Assembly: GCA_965216465.1 (NCBI GenBank)
Contig: CBDCFW010000005.1
Location: 352,001 to 416,000, forward strand
Length of the DNA stretch: 64,000 nucleotides
Source: Bacteroidia bacterium
GTDB taxonomy: Bacteria; Bacteroidota; Bacteroidia; NS11-12g; UBA9320
Reading direction: 5' to 3'
Shown piece by piece: positions 31,994 through 45,381 of the stretch. Within the stretch, counting starts at the first letter, position 1. Each line of letters opens with the position of its first letter. Below the pieces are notes generated by a model, which did not search any database, was not told the origin of the DNA, and saw only the letters and a list, made by a program, of their open reading frames with translations. A program made the translations under genes and the position numbers.

Positions 31994-34237
31994 TTATCTT
32001 ACCAGTAACAGTTTACTCACTAATGCATCTTCATCGTCTTTGTTGGCTGTGAATATCAGATATACCCCTGTTTGTGGTCTTTCTCCATTAAAGTTTCTTC
32101 CATCCCAAACAGCAGTACCCCCAGTTGCAATCATTTCATAAACTACTCTGCCAGCTACATCAACAATTTTAACGGTAGCATCTTCTGGAAGGCCGGTAAT
32201 TGTAATTGGTCCTTCGTAGTCACTGTGAACAGGATTTGGGAAGACCAAAGTATTTTCATGCACATCTGAAGCTTCTGTAGCATCTCCTCTAAAAGATGCA
32301 ATGCCACAATTTGTTCCGAAGAAGACCTCTCCAGTTCGCGGTACGATTCCTACACATACTACCTGATCGCAAGGCAAAGGACTATTCTTTGTGGTAAGAT
32401 GATGAACCACTGCTGATCCGTCTTCTTCTACCAACCAAGCTCCGTTGTTTGTCGCTATCCATTTGCGATTGGCACCATCAATCTTAATATCATTAATCAC
32501 CTCGTTCCCTAAAAGATAACCCACATCACTTCCATCGTCGATAATTATTTGTTGTGCATCTGCGTTGAGGCCTCCATTAAATACCAAACTTGGGTTATAG
32601 AAAACTGCAAGACCAGTTTCCGTTCCAACCCAAATTTCACCGTCTTTATCTAGTGCTAGAGCTCTCACATTGTTATTAGGTAAACCTCCACTATTTTTTC
32701 CGGTTGTTAATATTCTTTTCTGAAGTACTCCGTTGTCATGTTCGTAGGTAACCATTATTCCTAAGCTCGATGACCTTGGAATTGAAGTCCACACATAATC
32801 ATTGTCATCAACTATCATTTCGCCCAATTGCTTAAGGCCAACGTCGAAGGATTTCCAATCTCCATTTTTGCGTCGCACGACCAATGCGTCATCAGTCTCG
32901 TAATTAGACATCCATAAATCTTCGTCGCTATCGAGGGCCAATCCAAAAACAACAGGTAGGCTACCCGGAGCCAGATCTAGAACTGAATTGGTGTGATCGT
33001 ACTTTGCAATTATCTCTTCGTTCTTGAGCTGCACCAAACCGCTTGCAAAGCTGGCTAACCACACTTCGTCGGTAGATTCATTTATCTCCAATGCGGTAAA
33101 ATCAAGCATTCCTCCAATCAGTGGATCTTTTGGGTTACGATTTTTCCAGATGCCGTCTTGATAGCGGTAATATCCATAACCGTTATAGGTAGGTCCAAAA
33201 CCGGTTGTTACCCCTCCACTGGTCACCCACATTTTAGTTCCTTGGCCTTCCATTTCAAACGATGTTACTCCAAATGGTCCCTGAGGAGTTACGTAAGACG
33301 AAACACCTCCAGGCGTTTTCTTTATTAGTCCAAAATAGAACCCACCATACCACATATTGTCTTGAAAATCTTTTATAGCGTAGCTCATATTGGCTTCACC
33401 AAAGTTAGTTGTGGTGTTATTGAGGTCTTTAATAATTATACCTTGGTCTCTACAAATGATAAGCTGATCATAATTCACAACAAGACTTCGGTAGTCGGCA
33501 TTGATATCTTCTTCAACAGCAAAATTTCCGTTAGAGTAGGTATAAAGCGTGCTATCGCTAGCCAAATACAAGGTGTTATTAAAAACCCTAAAATGATGAG
33601 CACTATCGAGGTTTGAAATAATTGTCCAGCTTTCAAAATTTTTAAGGTTAACCAGGTCATCAAAGGCTGGAGCACTTTTAATACCCTCAATGGTACCAAC
33701 AAACAAGCTATCGTTATACAGCTCAATGGAGCTAATGCCTAGCTGGATGCCCCCTAGTCCTAAGTTCTGATAGTCATCGATAATTTCTTCTTTGTTAATA
33801 TTAATTACCACAATACCGAATGAAGTTGCGATATAGGCCAAGCTATCTGCAAGCTGAATTTCGTGAATGTTCTTTTGACCAACAATATTTGACCGCTTTA
33901 TGCCTGGAAGATTGATTATTGTTTTTCCTTTTAGTAAATCAACATTCGTATTCTCGTATGCAATAACCAGTGTATTATAGTCTTGCGAATAGGCCATTGC
34001 GGCAACTTCTGATTCTGCAAATCCATCTACTTTTGTCAGCATTTCAATCTGGCCGCTCTTTAGGTCATGGGTATAGATTCCCTTCTCAGCCAATACATAC
34101 AAGAATTGATCGGCTTCAATAATCTGTCGAACACTGTTATAAGGCAGGTGCATTCTCCATGTTCCGATGGGTGTGTTATCTTGTGCCGTCGCTTGAACAC
34201 CAAGAAGTAAGATTAAGCAATTTAATACGTATTTCAT
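31994..34237 (-). CDS. porZ: T9SS PorZ-like two-propeller protein with CTD
   Basis: IGTWRMHLPY N-terminus; DGANRKWIAT; C-terminal VFPNPV...WDGRNFNG...GVY; adjacent to recO. Confidence 0.85.
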   Translation of the reverse strand: MKYVLNCLILLLGVQATAQDNTPIGTWRMHLPYNSVRQIIEADQFLYVLAEKGIYTHDLKSGQIEMLTKVDGFAESEVAAMAYSQDYNTLVIAYENTNVDLLKGKTIINLPGIKRSNIVGQKNIHEIQLADSLAYIATSFGIVVININKEEIIDDYQNLGLGGIQLGISSIELYNDSLFVGTIEGIKSAPAFDDLVNLKNFESWTIISNLDSAHHFRVFNNTLYLASDSTLYTYSNGNFAVEEDINADYRSLVVNYDQLIICRDQGIIIKDLNNTTTNFGEANMSYAIKDFQDNMWYGGFYFGLIKKTPGGVSSYVTPQGPFGVTSFEMEGQGTKMWVTSGGVTTGFGPTYNGYGYYRYQDGIWKNRNPKDPLIGGMLDFTALEINESTDEVWLASFASGLVQLKNEEIIAKYDHTNSVLDLAPGSLPVVFGLALDSDEDLWMSNYETDDALVVRRKNGDWKSFDVGLKQLGEMIVDDNDYVWTSIPRSSSLGIMVTYEHDNGVLQKRILTTGKNSGGLPNNNVRALALDKDGEIWVGTETGLAVFYNPSLVFNGGLNADAQQIIIDDGSDVGYLLGNEVINDIKIDGANRKWIATNNGAWLVEEDGSAVVHHLTTKNSPLPCDQVVCVGIVPRTGEVFFGTNCGIASFRGDATEASDVHENTLVFPNPVHSDYEGPITITGLPEDATVKIVDVAGRVVYEMIATGGTAVWDGRNFNGERPQTGVYLIFTANKDDEDALVSKLLLVR

Positions 34238-34348
34238 TCGCTGTTACTTGGCAAATCTAACGATAAGATATATGCTTTTCTTATTCGATATAGAAAAATG
34301 GTATTAAAATGTTAATCAATGCCTTTGGCTATTAAATTTGCAGGCGAA

Positions 34349-35236
34349 ATGGCAAATAAAATAGAGAACAAGCCGCCGGTGATCATCAAGCAAAAATCAC
34401 GTGTTAAGCCTGATTGGTTGAAGACCCAAATTCCTGGAGATGGGAAGTATGCTGAGATGCTGAAGTTGGTAAGAGATAACAAGCTGCATACGATTTGTGA
34501 AAGTGGTAAATGTCCGAACATTGGAGAATGTTGGGGCGTTGGTACGGCCACCTTTATGATAGGAGGAAATACTTGTACTCGTAGTTGTCAGTTTTGCAAC
34601 GTTGCCACGGGCAAGGGTGATGCCCTTGACAGTTTGGAGCCATTTAAAATTGCCCAAAGCATTAATATGATGGGCATTAAGCATGCCGTAATTACCAGTG
34701 TTGACCGGGATGATTTAGAAGATGGAGGAAGCAAACATTGGGCAAAAACTGTTACCACAATTCGTGAATTTAATCCGGAGACAACACTTGAAACGTTGAT
34801 TCCAGACTTTCAAGGACGTGAAGATCAGTTAGATCGTATTATTGAAGTACATCCTGAAATCGTTTCTCATAACATTGAGACGGTTGAGCGTCTTTCACGA
34901 GAAGTTAGAATTCAGGCTAAGTATTGGAGATCAATGGAAGTGCTCAAATATTTGAAAGAGAAAGGCATGAAGACCAAGAGTGGAATCATGTGTGGGATGG
35001 GTGAAACAGAAGAAGAGGTAATTCAAACATTAAAAGATCTACGTGAAGCTGGTGTAGAAATAGTTACGCTTGGTCAATACATGCAACCTACTCCGCGTCA
35101 CTTAAAAGTGGCAGAATATGTTCATCCTGATCAATTTGCGAAATACAAAAAAATTGGCGAAGAACTAGGCTTCGAATACATTGAGAGTGGACCGTTAGTA
35201 CGCTCAAGCTATCATGCTGAGAAGCATCTTAAGTAA
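34349..35236 (+). CDS. lipA: Lipoyl synthase
   Basis: CESGKCPNIGECW, CTRSCQFC, VRSSYHA; ATG 34349 follows a TAAATTTG box. Confidence 0.96.
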   Translation: MANKIENKPPVIIKQKSRVKPDWLKTQIPGDGKYAEMLKLVRDNKLHTICESGKCPNIGECWGVGTATFMIGGNTCTRSCQFCNVATGKGDALDSLEPFKIAQSINMMGIKHAVITSVDRDDLEDGGSKHWAKTVTTIREFNPETTLETLIPDFQGREDQLDRIIEVHPEIVSHNIETVERLSREVRIQAKYWRSMEVLKYLKEKGMKTKSGIMCGMGETEEEVIQTLKDLREAGVEIVTLGQYMQPTPRHLKVAEYVHPDQFAKYKKIGEELGFEYIESGPLVRSSYHAEKHLK

Positions 35237-35997
35237 TGGATCCGCAGTTTTATAAGGAGTATTATACTCTTGAAAGAAGCCACTGGTGGTTTAAAGCAAG
35301 GTTACAAATTCTTGAACGTTTATTCTTACGTCAAGTTAAGCAGGAGAGAGATTTAAAAATTCTGAATGTAGGTGTTGCTACTGGGGCAACTACCGAAATG
35401 CTAGCAAAGTATGGAACAGTAACTTCTGTTGAGTACGATCAAGCCTGCTGCGATTTTCTTTTAGAGAAAACAGGGATTGAAGCAATCAATGCATCGCTAA
35501 CTGAGCTGCCATTTGAAGACAATAGTTTCGACTTAGTGTGTGCATTTGATGTAATTGAGCACATAGAAGATGATTCTTTAGCAGTTTCTGAAATCAATCG
35601 TGTCTTGAAGCCAGGTTCAAACTACTTTGTTACTGTACCTGCATTTCAATTTTTATGGAGTAATCATGATGTTGTTAATCATCATTTTCGCAGATATACT
35701 AGAGGGCAACTGAACGAACTCTTTACCAAGCAAAATATGAATGTTGGTTACAGCAGTTATTTTAATTTCTGGTTGTTCTTTCCAATTGCCTTGGTTCGAA
35801 CAATTTTGAACCTATTACCAAGAAAGAAGAATGCAGATACATCGGGCTCAGACAATGAGGTATTGAGTTCTTCAAATATTCTGAATAAGCTGCTATTTAC
35901 AATATTTAGATCAGAAAGAGCTTTGTTATCAACGGGTGTTAAGTTTCCTTTAGGAATATCAATTGTATCTTTGGGTTATAAAAGCCCGAATGCATAA
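35236..35997 (+). CDS. Class I SAM-dependent methyltransferase
   Basis: HWWFKAR; ILNVGVATG; LPFEDNSFDLV; DVIEH; HHFRRY. Confidence 0.85.
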   Translation: MDPQFYKEYYTLERSHWWFKARLQILERLFLRQVKQERDLKILNVGVATGATTEMLAKYGTVTSVEYDQACCDFLLEKTGIEAINASLTELPFEDNSFDLVCAFDVIEHIEDDSLAVSEINRVLKPGSNYFVTVPAFQFLWSNHDVVNHHFRRYTRGQLNELFTKQNMNVGYSSYFNFWLFFPIALVRTILNLLPRKKNADTSGSDNEVLSSSNILNKLLFTIFRSERALLSTGVKFPLGISIVSLGYKSPNA

Positions 35998-38077
35998 AGA
36001 GGATGTTAAATTCAGTTTACTTTTAGTACTTACCACTGCGGTATCTTATTTCGAAATTGCCTTCTTCATGTTTTCAACGAAGTGGGACAATCTCTCCGCT
36101 TTCTTTCCCTATAAGTACACGGCCGGACATTGGTGGCTCTCAGGAAACATTCCATTTTGGGATCCTTATCAGAACTTAGGTTATCCTATGCATGCCAATC
36201 CCCAAGGAGGGGTGTGGTATCCTATATCATGGCTTTTAAGCTTGCCCAATGGATATAACTTATACTCTTTAAATCTTGAAGTGGTCATTCACATTGCGAT
36301 AGCTGCTATTGGCATGTACTTCTTGGCTAAACGAATTGGAATTAAAGCTGGAGTTGCCTTTTTAGCAGGACTTGCCTACAGCTTAAGTGGATTTATGATG
36401 GGAACCAGTCATATGATTGGATTTACGGTTGGAGCGGCTTGGTTACCTTGGATCATCATCTATCTTATTCGTGCACTAAACAACCCAAATGCCTTCAATG
36501 TAATTTGTTTTAGTTTGTTGATTTACCTTCAGTTGGTTGGGGCATATGCTGCGTTTAGTATCATTTTACTTTATCTGTTGGCAGGATATGTAATTTACTT
36601 CCAATTGAAAGATGGCCTATCTAAAACCAGGTTGAAAAATTTAGCTATTCTTGGTACAACAAGTTTGCTTTTAGTAGGGCTTTTTACGGCACCATACTTA
36701 TACAGCATTTATGACTCGCTGGATTACTTTTCGCGCGCAGAACCCTTATCGTATGATCCAAGGCAGTTTGGCGGAAACTTCTCGCCATTATGTTTTATAA
36801 GTCTGATAGTGCCTTATGTAGTGAGCAGTGCTGAAGGATTTGTTGGTGTAGATGTTAGTCTTGCTAACGTATTTATAGGAATACCCTTTTTGTTATTCTT
36901 TGTGCTTTATGTGATAAGCTATAAGCAGCGGTTCAAATGGTTATTCGTGTCGTTGGTCGGATTGTTCTTCTTATTAGCACTTGGTCTACATACTCCGGTT
37001 CATCAAGCTTTTCATAGTTATGTACCTGGGTTCAATATGTTCAGGCATCCCTATTTATTTGTACTCTATAGTATCTTACTAATGGTTTTATTGGGCGGAC
37101 GTTATCTGTCACACAGTTTGGCCAGCAATAAGTTCAAAGGTATTAAGCTTAGTTATCTAGTTTTTGTTGTTGGCGGATTTTTTAGTCTGATACTTTTAAT
37201 CAGTAAAATAGACTTTACAGCTTGGGGCCAGTATGTTGAACAAATCAAGTTATTGTCTGAAACTTCACCTCTTAATGGGTACAGTCATGCATTCTTGCAG
37301 CTCTCAGTTTTCTTGGTGCTGAGTATAATTGTACTCATCAGTTTGGCTAAGAAGAAGTGGTTTGTACGCGTATTGCCAATAGCCTTGTTTTTTGAATTGT
37401 TTTTGGCGGTTCAATTGAATGCACCCAAAAACTTGTATTACAATGTAAAGTTTGCTTGGTTAAATGACTATTTAGCCGAAGAAGCGAACGAATCGCTTAC
37501 GAATCAATTAGCTACTTCCTCATTAGATACCTTACGGAACAAGAATATACGATCATCCGCTGGATTTTGGGTTAACCTGAATACTTACAAAAGAACAACG
37601 GGAATTGGGGGATATAATCCATTCATATTTTCACGATACATTCAGTTTCAAGAGAGCGGATATTTTGACAAGTTTATAGAAAATGGAGTTGTATACACTG
37701 CCAAAGATTTTGGAAAAAATGGCGATTACGGCTACCACAATTTAGGTGCAGCAACAGAAATTGATAGTGGAACTATAACTGCGTTTGAGATAGGCTTCAA
37801 TCGTTTTAATATAGCGGTTAGCAGTCGAAGTAAAACACGCTTATTTCTAAACCAAAACTATCATCACAATTGGGTTGCAGAGGTAAATGGTGAGCAGGTT
37901 AAAATCGACCGTTCAAACATGAGTTTAATGTCAATTTCTTTAGATGCTGGCCGACATGAGGTTAGCTTTGTTTATGATTCTGGTGTTATTCGTAAGCTAC
38001 ATTACACGAGCCTTATTACATTGATACTTAGTGTATTGTCGCTTGTGTTAATTCCTTTATTAATGAAACGTGGCTAA
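35990..38077 (+). CDS. YfhO-family membrane protein (GT-C-like glycosyltransferase)
   Basis: PFWDPYQNLGYPMHANPQ..YP; many TM segments; C-terminal NYHHNWVAEVNG...GRHEVSFVY. Confidence 0.75.
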   Translation: MHKEDVKFSLLLVLTTAVSYFEIAFFMFSTKWDNLSAFFPYKYTAGHWWLSGNIPFWDPYQNLGYPMHANPQGGVWYPISWLLSLPNGYNLYSLNLEVVIHIAIAAIGMYFLAKRIGIKAGVAFLAGLAYSLSGFMMGTSHMIGFTVGAAWLPWIIIYLIRALNNPNAFNVICFSLLIYLQLVGAYAAFSIILLYLLAGYVIYFQLKDGLSKTRLKNLAILGTTSLLLVGLFTAPYLYSIYDSLDYFSRAEPLSYDPRQFGGNFSPLCFISLIVPYVVSSAEGFVGVDVSLANVFIGIPFLLFFVLYVISYKQRFKWLFVSLVGLFFLLALGLHTPVHQAFHSYVPGFNMFRHPYLFVLYSILLMVLLGGRYLSHSLASNKFKGIKLSYLVFVVGGFFSLILLISKIDFTAWGQYVEQIKLLSETSPLNGYSHAFLQLSVFLVLSIIVLISLAKKKWFVRVLPIALFFELFLAVQLNAPKNLYYNVKFAWLNDYLAEEANESLTNQLATSSLDTLRNKNIRSSAGFWVNLNTYKRTTGIGGYNPFIFSRYIQFQESGYFDKFIENGVVYTAKDFGKNGDYGYHNLGAATEIDSGTITAFEIGFNRFNIAVSSRSKTRLFLNQNYHHNWVAEVNGEQVKIDRSNMSLMSISLDAGRHEVSFVYDSGVIRKLHYTSLITLILSVLSLVLIPLLMKRG

Positions 38078-38121
38078 CGTTGAAGCATCAATTTTCAAGA
38101 AAGAATCTAGAAAAAATGGGC

Positions 38122-38157
38122 AAAAAAAATCCCGTTCACGATTTCTCGGAACGGGAT
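38122..38157 (-). terminator. rrn operon terminator
   Basis: ATCCCGTTC...GAACGGGAT hairpin with an A8 tract (U-tract on the minus strand) just after the 5S gene. Confidence 0.75.
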
Positions 38158-38164
38158 ATAATAA

Positions 38165-38275
<111 letters not shown>

Positions 38276-38324
38276 AAATCTTTAGTAAATTGACAAAAGC
38301 TGGAAGTAAAATAAAAAATAAAAA

Positions 38325-41140
<2,816 letters not shown>

Positions 41141-41279
41141 CGTTATAATATTATTTTACTTCCAACATGTCAAAGAACTTTACAAGACCAACAACATAAC
41201 GTTGATCTGTGTGTAGCATCAGGAATGATTATTGTTGATTAAATCAACCGGCTGAATCATAACCTACCAGCTACATCTG

Positions 41280-41353
41280 TGGAGAATATCGGAGTCGAAC
41301 CGATGACCTTCTGCGTGCAAAGCAGACGCTCTAGCCAACTGAGCTAATTCCCC
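41280..41353 (-). tRNA. tRNA-Ala(TGC)
   Basis: GGGGAATTAGCTCAG...TTTGCAC...GGTTCGACTCCGATATTCTCCA in the ITS. Confidence 0.96.
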
Positions 41354-41473
41354 TTAATCAAGGTAACCCAGCATCCAGAACTCCAGATAACACCCTTTGT
41401 TCTAAATTCCTACCTAATGGTAGGCAGGTATTACCTTATTCAAATCTAAAGAACTTAATAACCGAAGTTATTG

Positions 41474-41547
41474 TAGTCCCGAGCAGACTTGAACTGCTGA
41501 CCCCTACATTATCAGTGTAGTGCTCTAACCAACTGAGCTACGGGACT
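41474..41547 (-). tRNA. tRNA-Ile(GAT)
   Basis: AGTCCCGTAGCTCAG...CTGATAA...AGTTCAAGTCTGCTCGGGACTA in the ITS. Confidence 0.96.
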
Positions 41548-41659
41548 ATTTCAAAGACGAAATAGATTGCTCAGAAAAACACTTTTCTGAATGAGAGATT
41601 CGTCTAAAAAATCGAAGTAAGAGAAATAGCGGAGTAACCTTCCAATACTAGATTACTCT

Positions 41660-43184
<1,525 letters not shown>

Positions 43185-43260
43185 TAAAAAATTTTGATCT
43201 GTTTCAAGAAGGTTTAAAAACTCAATTTCATTTTCGAGATTCCGCTATTTCTACATCACT

Positions 43261-43270
43261 TCAAAGAACT
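43261..43270 (-). promoter_or_regulatory. rrn leader boxA antitermination site
   Basis: AGTTCTTTGA; the same decamer occurs before 23S at 41170-41179. Confidence 0.65.
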
Positions 43271-43410
43271 TAATTTATCTAATTTTAGTGATAAAATTCC
43301 TACTTAATTTTAAAAGGACTGCAAAGCTAATTTTAAGATTCAAACTGCAAAAGTTTTTTTTAAAATTTTTGAACTTTTTTTAGTCCCCTTTTTTGCTTCG
43401 AAAAACACTC

Positions 43411-43713
43411 TTTTCTAAAGCGGCTGCAAAAGTAATATTCCGATTTAATTCCCAAAATATTTTAAAACTTTTTTTAGCTGCTTTTCGCATTCAAAGAACT
43501 TACTTTTCTAAAGCGGCTGCAAAAGTAATATTCTGTTTTAATTCCCAAAATATTTTTTAAACTTTTTTCGCCCCTTTTCGCATTCAAAGAACTTACTTTT
43601 CTAAAGCGGCTGCAAAAGTAATATTCTGTTTTAACTGCCAAAATATTTTTTAAACTTTTTTCGCCTCTTTTTGCTTTCAAAGAACTTACTTTTCTAAAGC
43701 GGCTGCAAAAGTA
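43411..43713 (-). repeat. 93-bp-period tandem repeat (4 core copies) of an rrn promoter unit
   Basis: Identical core ttttctaaagcggctgcaaaagta at 43411, 43504, 43597 and 43690; the intervening DNA is also nearly identical. Confidence 0.95.
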
Positions 43714-43803
43714 GATTTATATTTCAATCTACAACACCTTTAATCAAAAAAGATTAATTATTTTTTTCGGAGGCCTCTCACGCCCCACAAACACTAACTT
43801 CTA

Positions 43804-45294
43804 CTAGTGTTTGAAATGCCTTGTGCCCGTCATTGCCATAGCCATTCCTAGCTCATCAGCCTTGTCTATTGACAATTGATCTTTGATACTACCACCCGGT
43901 TGAATCACAGCAGCTATTCCATTGCTACCCGCTATTTCAACACAATCAGGGAACGGGAAGAATGCATCCGACGCCATAACGGCTCCAGTTAAATCAAATT
44001 TAAATGCCTTTGCTTTGGCAATTGCCTGGTTTAAGGCATCTACTCTAGACGTCTGTCCTGTACCACTTGCTAACAACTGTCCATCCTTAACCAAAATAAT
44101 CGCATTTGACTTTGTATTCTTCACCAATTTATCAGCAAAAAGCAAGTCCGCTATCTGATTAGAATCTGGTTTTAAACTTGTAGGATATGTTAAATCTCCT
44201 TCTCCCACATTCTTCGTGTCGCGATCTTGCACCAACATCCCATTTAGTGTTGTTCTCCTAATCGGCTGATTTAACGTCTTCATATTCCACTTTAATAATA
44301 TACGCTTACCTTTCTTACTTAAGAAAGCCTGTGCCTCTTCTGTATAAGAAGGTGCTATGCATATTTCATAGAATATTTTATCTATCTCTTCAGCTGTTGC
44401 TAAATCAATTTCTGCATCTGTAATAAAGATACCACCAAAAGCTGATACAGGGTCAGCAGCTAAAGCATCATTATACGCATCTAAAACCGTTGATCTTTGT
44501 GCACACCCACATGCATTATTATGCTTCAGTACCGCAAAGCTGCATTTCCCTTCTTCACTTATGTCCATGATTAGATTAACAGCAGCATCAACATCTAAAA
44601 GATTATTATAACTTAATTCCTTGCCATTTAGCTTTTCAAATAAATCATCCAAGTTTCCAACGAAGCTGGCTTCTTGATGGGGATTTTCACCGTATCTTAA
44701 TGGAGTAACCTTTTCTCCTGCAAAATATCCACCAATAGCTTCGTCGTACCCTCTCGTTGTTCTAAATGCTTCTAAAGCCAACTCTTGTCTGAAAGCCTCG
44801 GTCGTATTTCCTCCTTCATTCATATAATGAGCAGTAAACTTCTCATATTGCTTCATAGAAGAAATGATGGCCGTATCCTTATAATTCTTAGCTGCAGCTC
44901 TTATTAATGAAATACCTCCAATATCAATCTTTTCTATAATATCTTGGTGACCAGCTCCAGAAGCAACGGTATCTTCAAATGGATAAAGGTCTACAACAAC
45001 CAAATCAATTGATGGAATATTGTACTCAGCTAATTCTTTTAAATCTGACTCATTATCTCTTCTATATAGAATACCTCCAAAAATTGCAGGGTGTAATGTC
45101 TTAACTCTACCTCCAAAAACTGCAGGATACTTGGTGTAGTCCTCAACAGCATGAACCTCTATTCCTAGATTTTCAAGATACTTTTGTGTTCCGCCTGTTG
45201 AATAAATTGTAACTCCATTCTTTGCCAGTTCTAGGGCTAGTTGATCAATACCATCTTTATTAAAGATTGATATGAGTGCTGATTTAATCTTCAT
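43804..45294 (-). CDS. purH: Bifunctional AICAR transformylase / IMP cyclohydrolase
   Basis: GGRVKTLHP; IDIGG; LRYGENPHQ; ASDAFFPF; TGTRHFKH. Confidence 0.97.
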   Translation of the reverse strand: MKIKSALISIFNKDGIDQLALELAKNGVTIYSTGGTQKYLENLGIEVHAVEDYTKYPAVFGGRVKTLHPAIFGGILYRRDNESDLKELAEYNIPSIDLVVVDLYPFEDTVASGAGHQDIIEKIDIGGISLIRAAAKNYKDTAIISSMKQYEKFTAHYMNEGGNTTEAFRQELALEAFRTTRGYDEAIGGYFAGEKVTPLRYGENPHQEASFVGNLDDLFEKLNGKELSYNNLLDVDAAVNLIMDISEEGKCSFAVLKHNNACGCAQRSTVLDAYNDALAADPVSAFGGIFITDAEIDLATAEEIDKIFYEICIAPSYTEEAQAFLSKKGKRILLKWNMKTLNQPIRRTTLNGMLVQDRDTKNVGEGDLTYPTSLKPDSNQIADLLFADKLVKNTKSNAIILVKDGQLLASGTGQTSRVDALNQAIAKAKAFKFDLTGAVMASDAFFPFPDCVEIAGSNGIAAVIQPGGSIKDQLSIDKADELGMAMAMTGTRHFKH

Positions 45295-45381
45295 GTTTCT
45301 TTGCTATAAGGGGTGCAAAGCTACAACGCGAATCGATGTTGCACTCTATACTGACCTAAAAATCCTTACAAATTGTAAACA

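Noticed and set aside
43474-43680. 68-aa ORF with an internal 31-aa repeat
   Set aside because: It follows from the 93-bp (31-codon) DNA repeat in the rrn promoter region; there is no independent coding evidence
43411-43713. CRISPR array (24-bp identical core repeated at regular spacing)
   Set aside because: The spacers are near-identical to each other, there are no cas genes, and the unit matches a promoter with boxA
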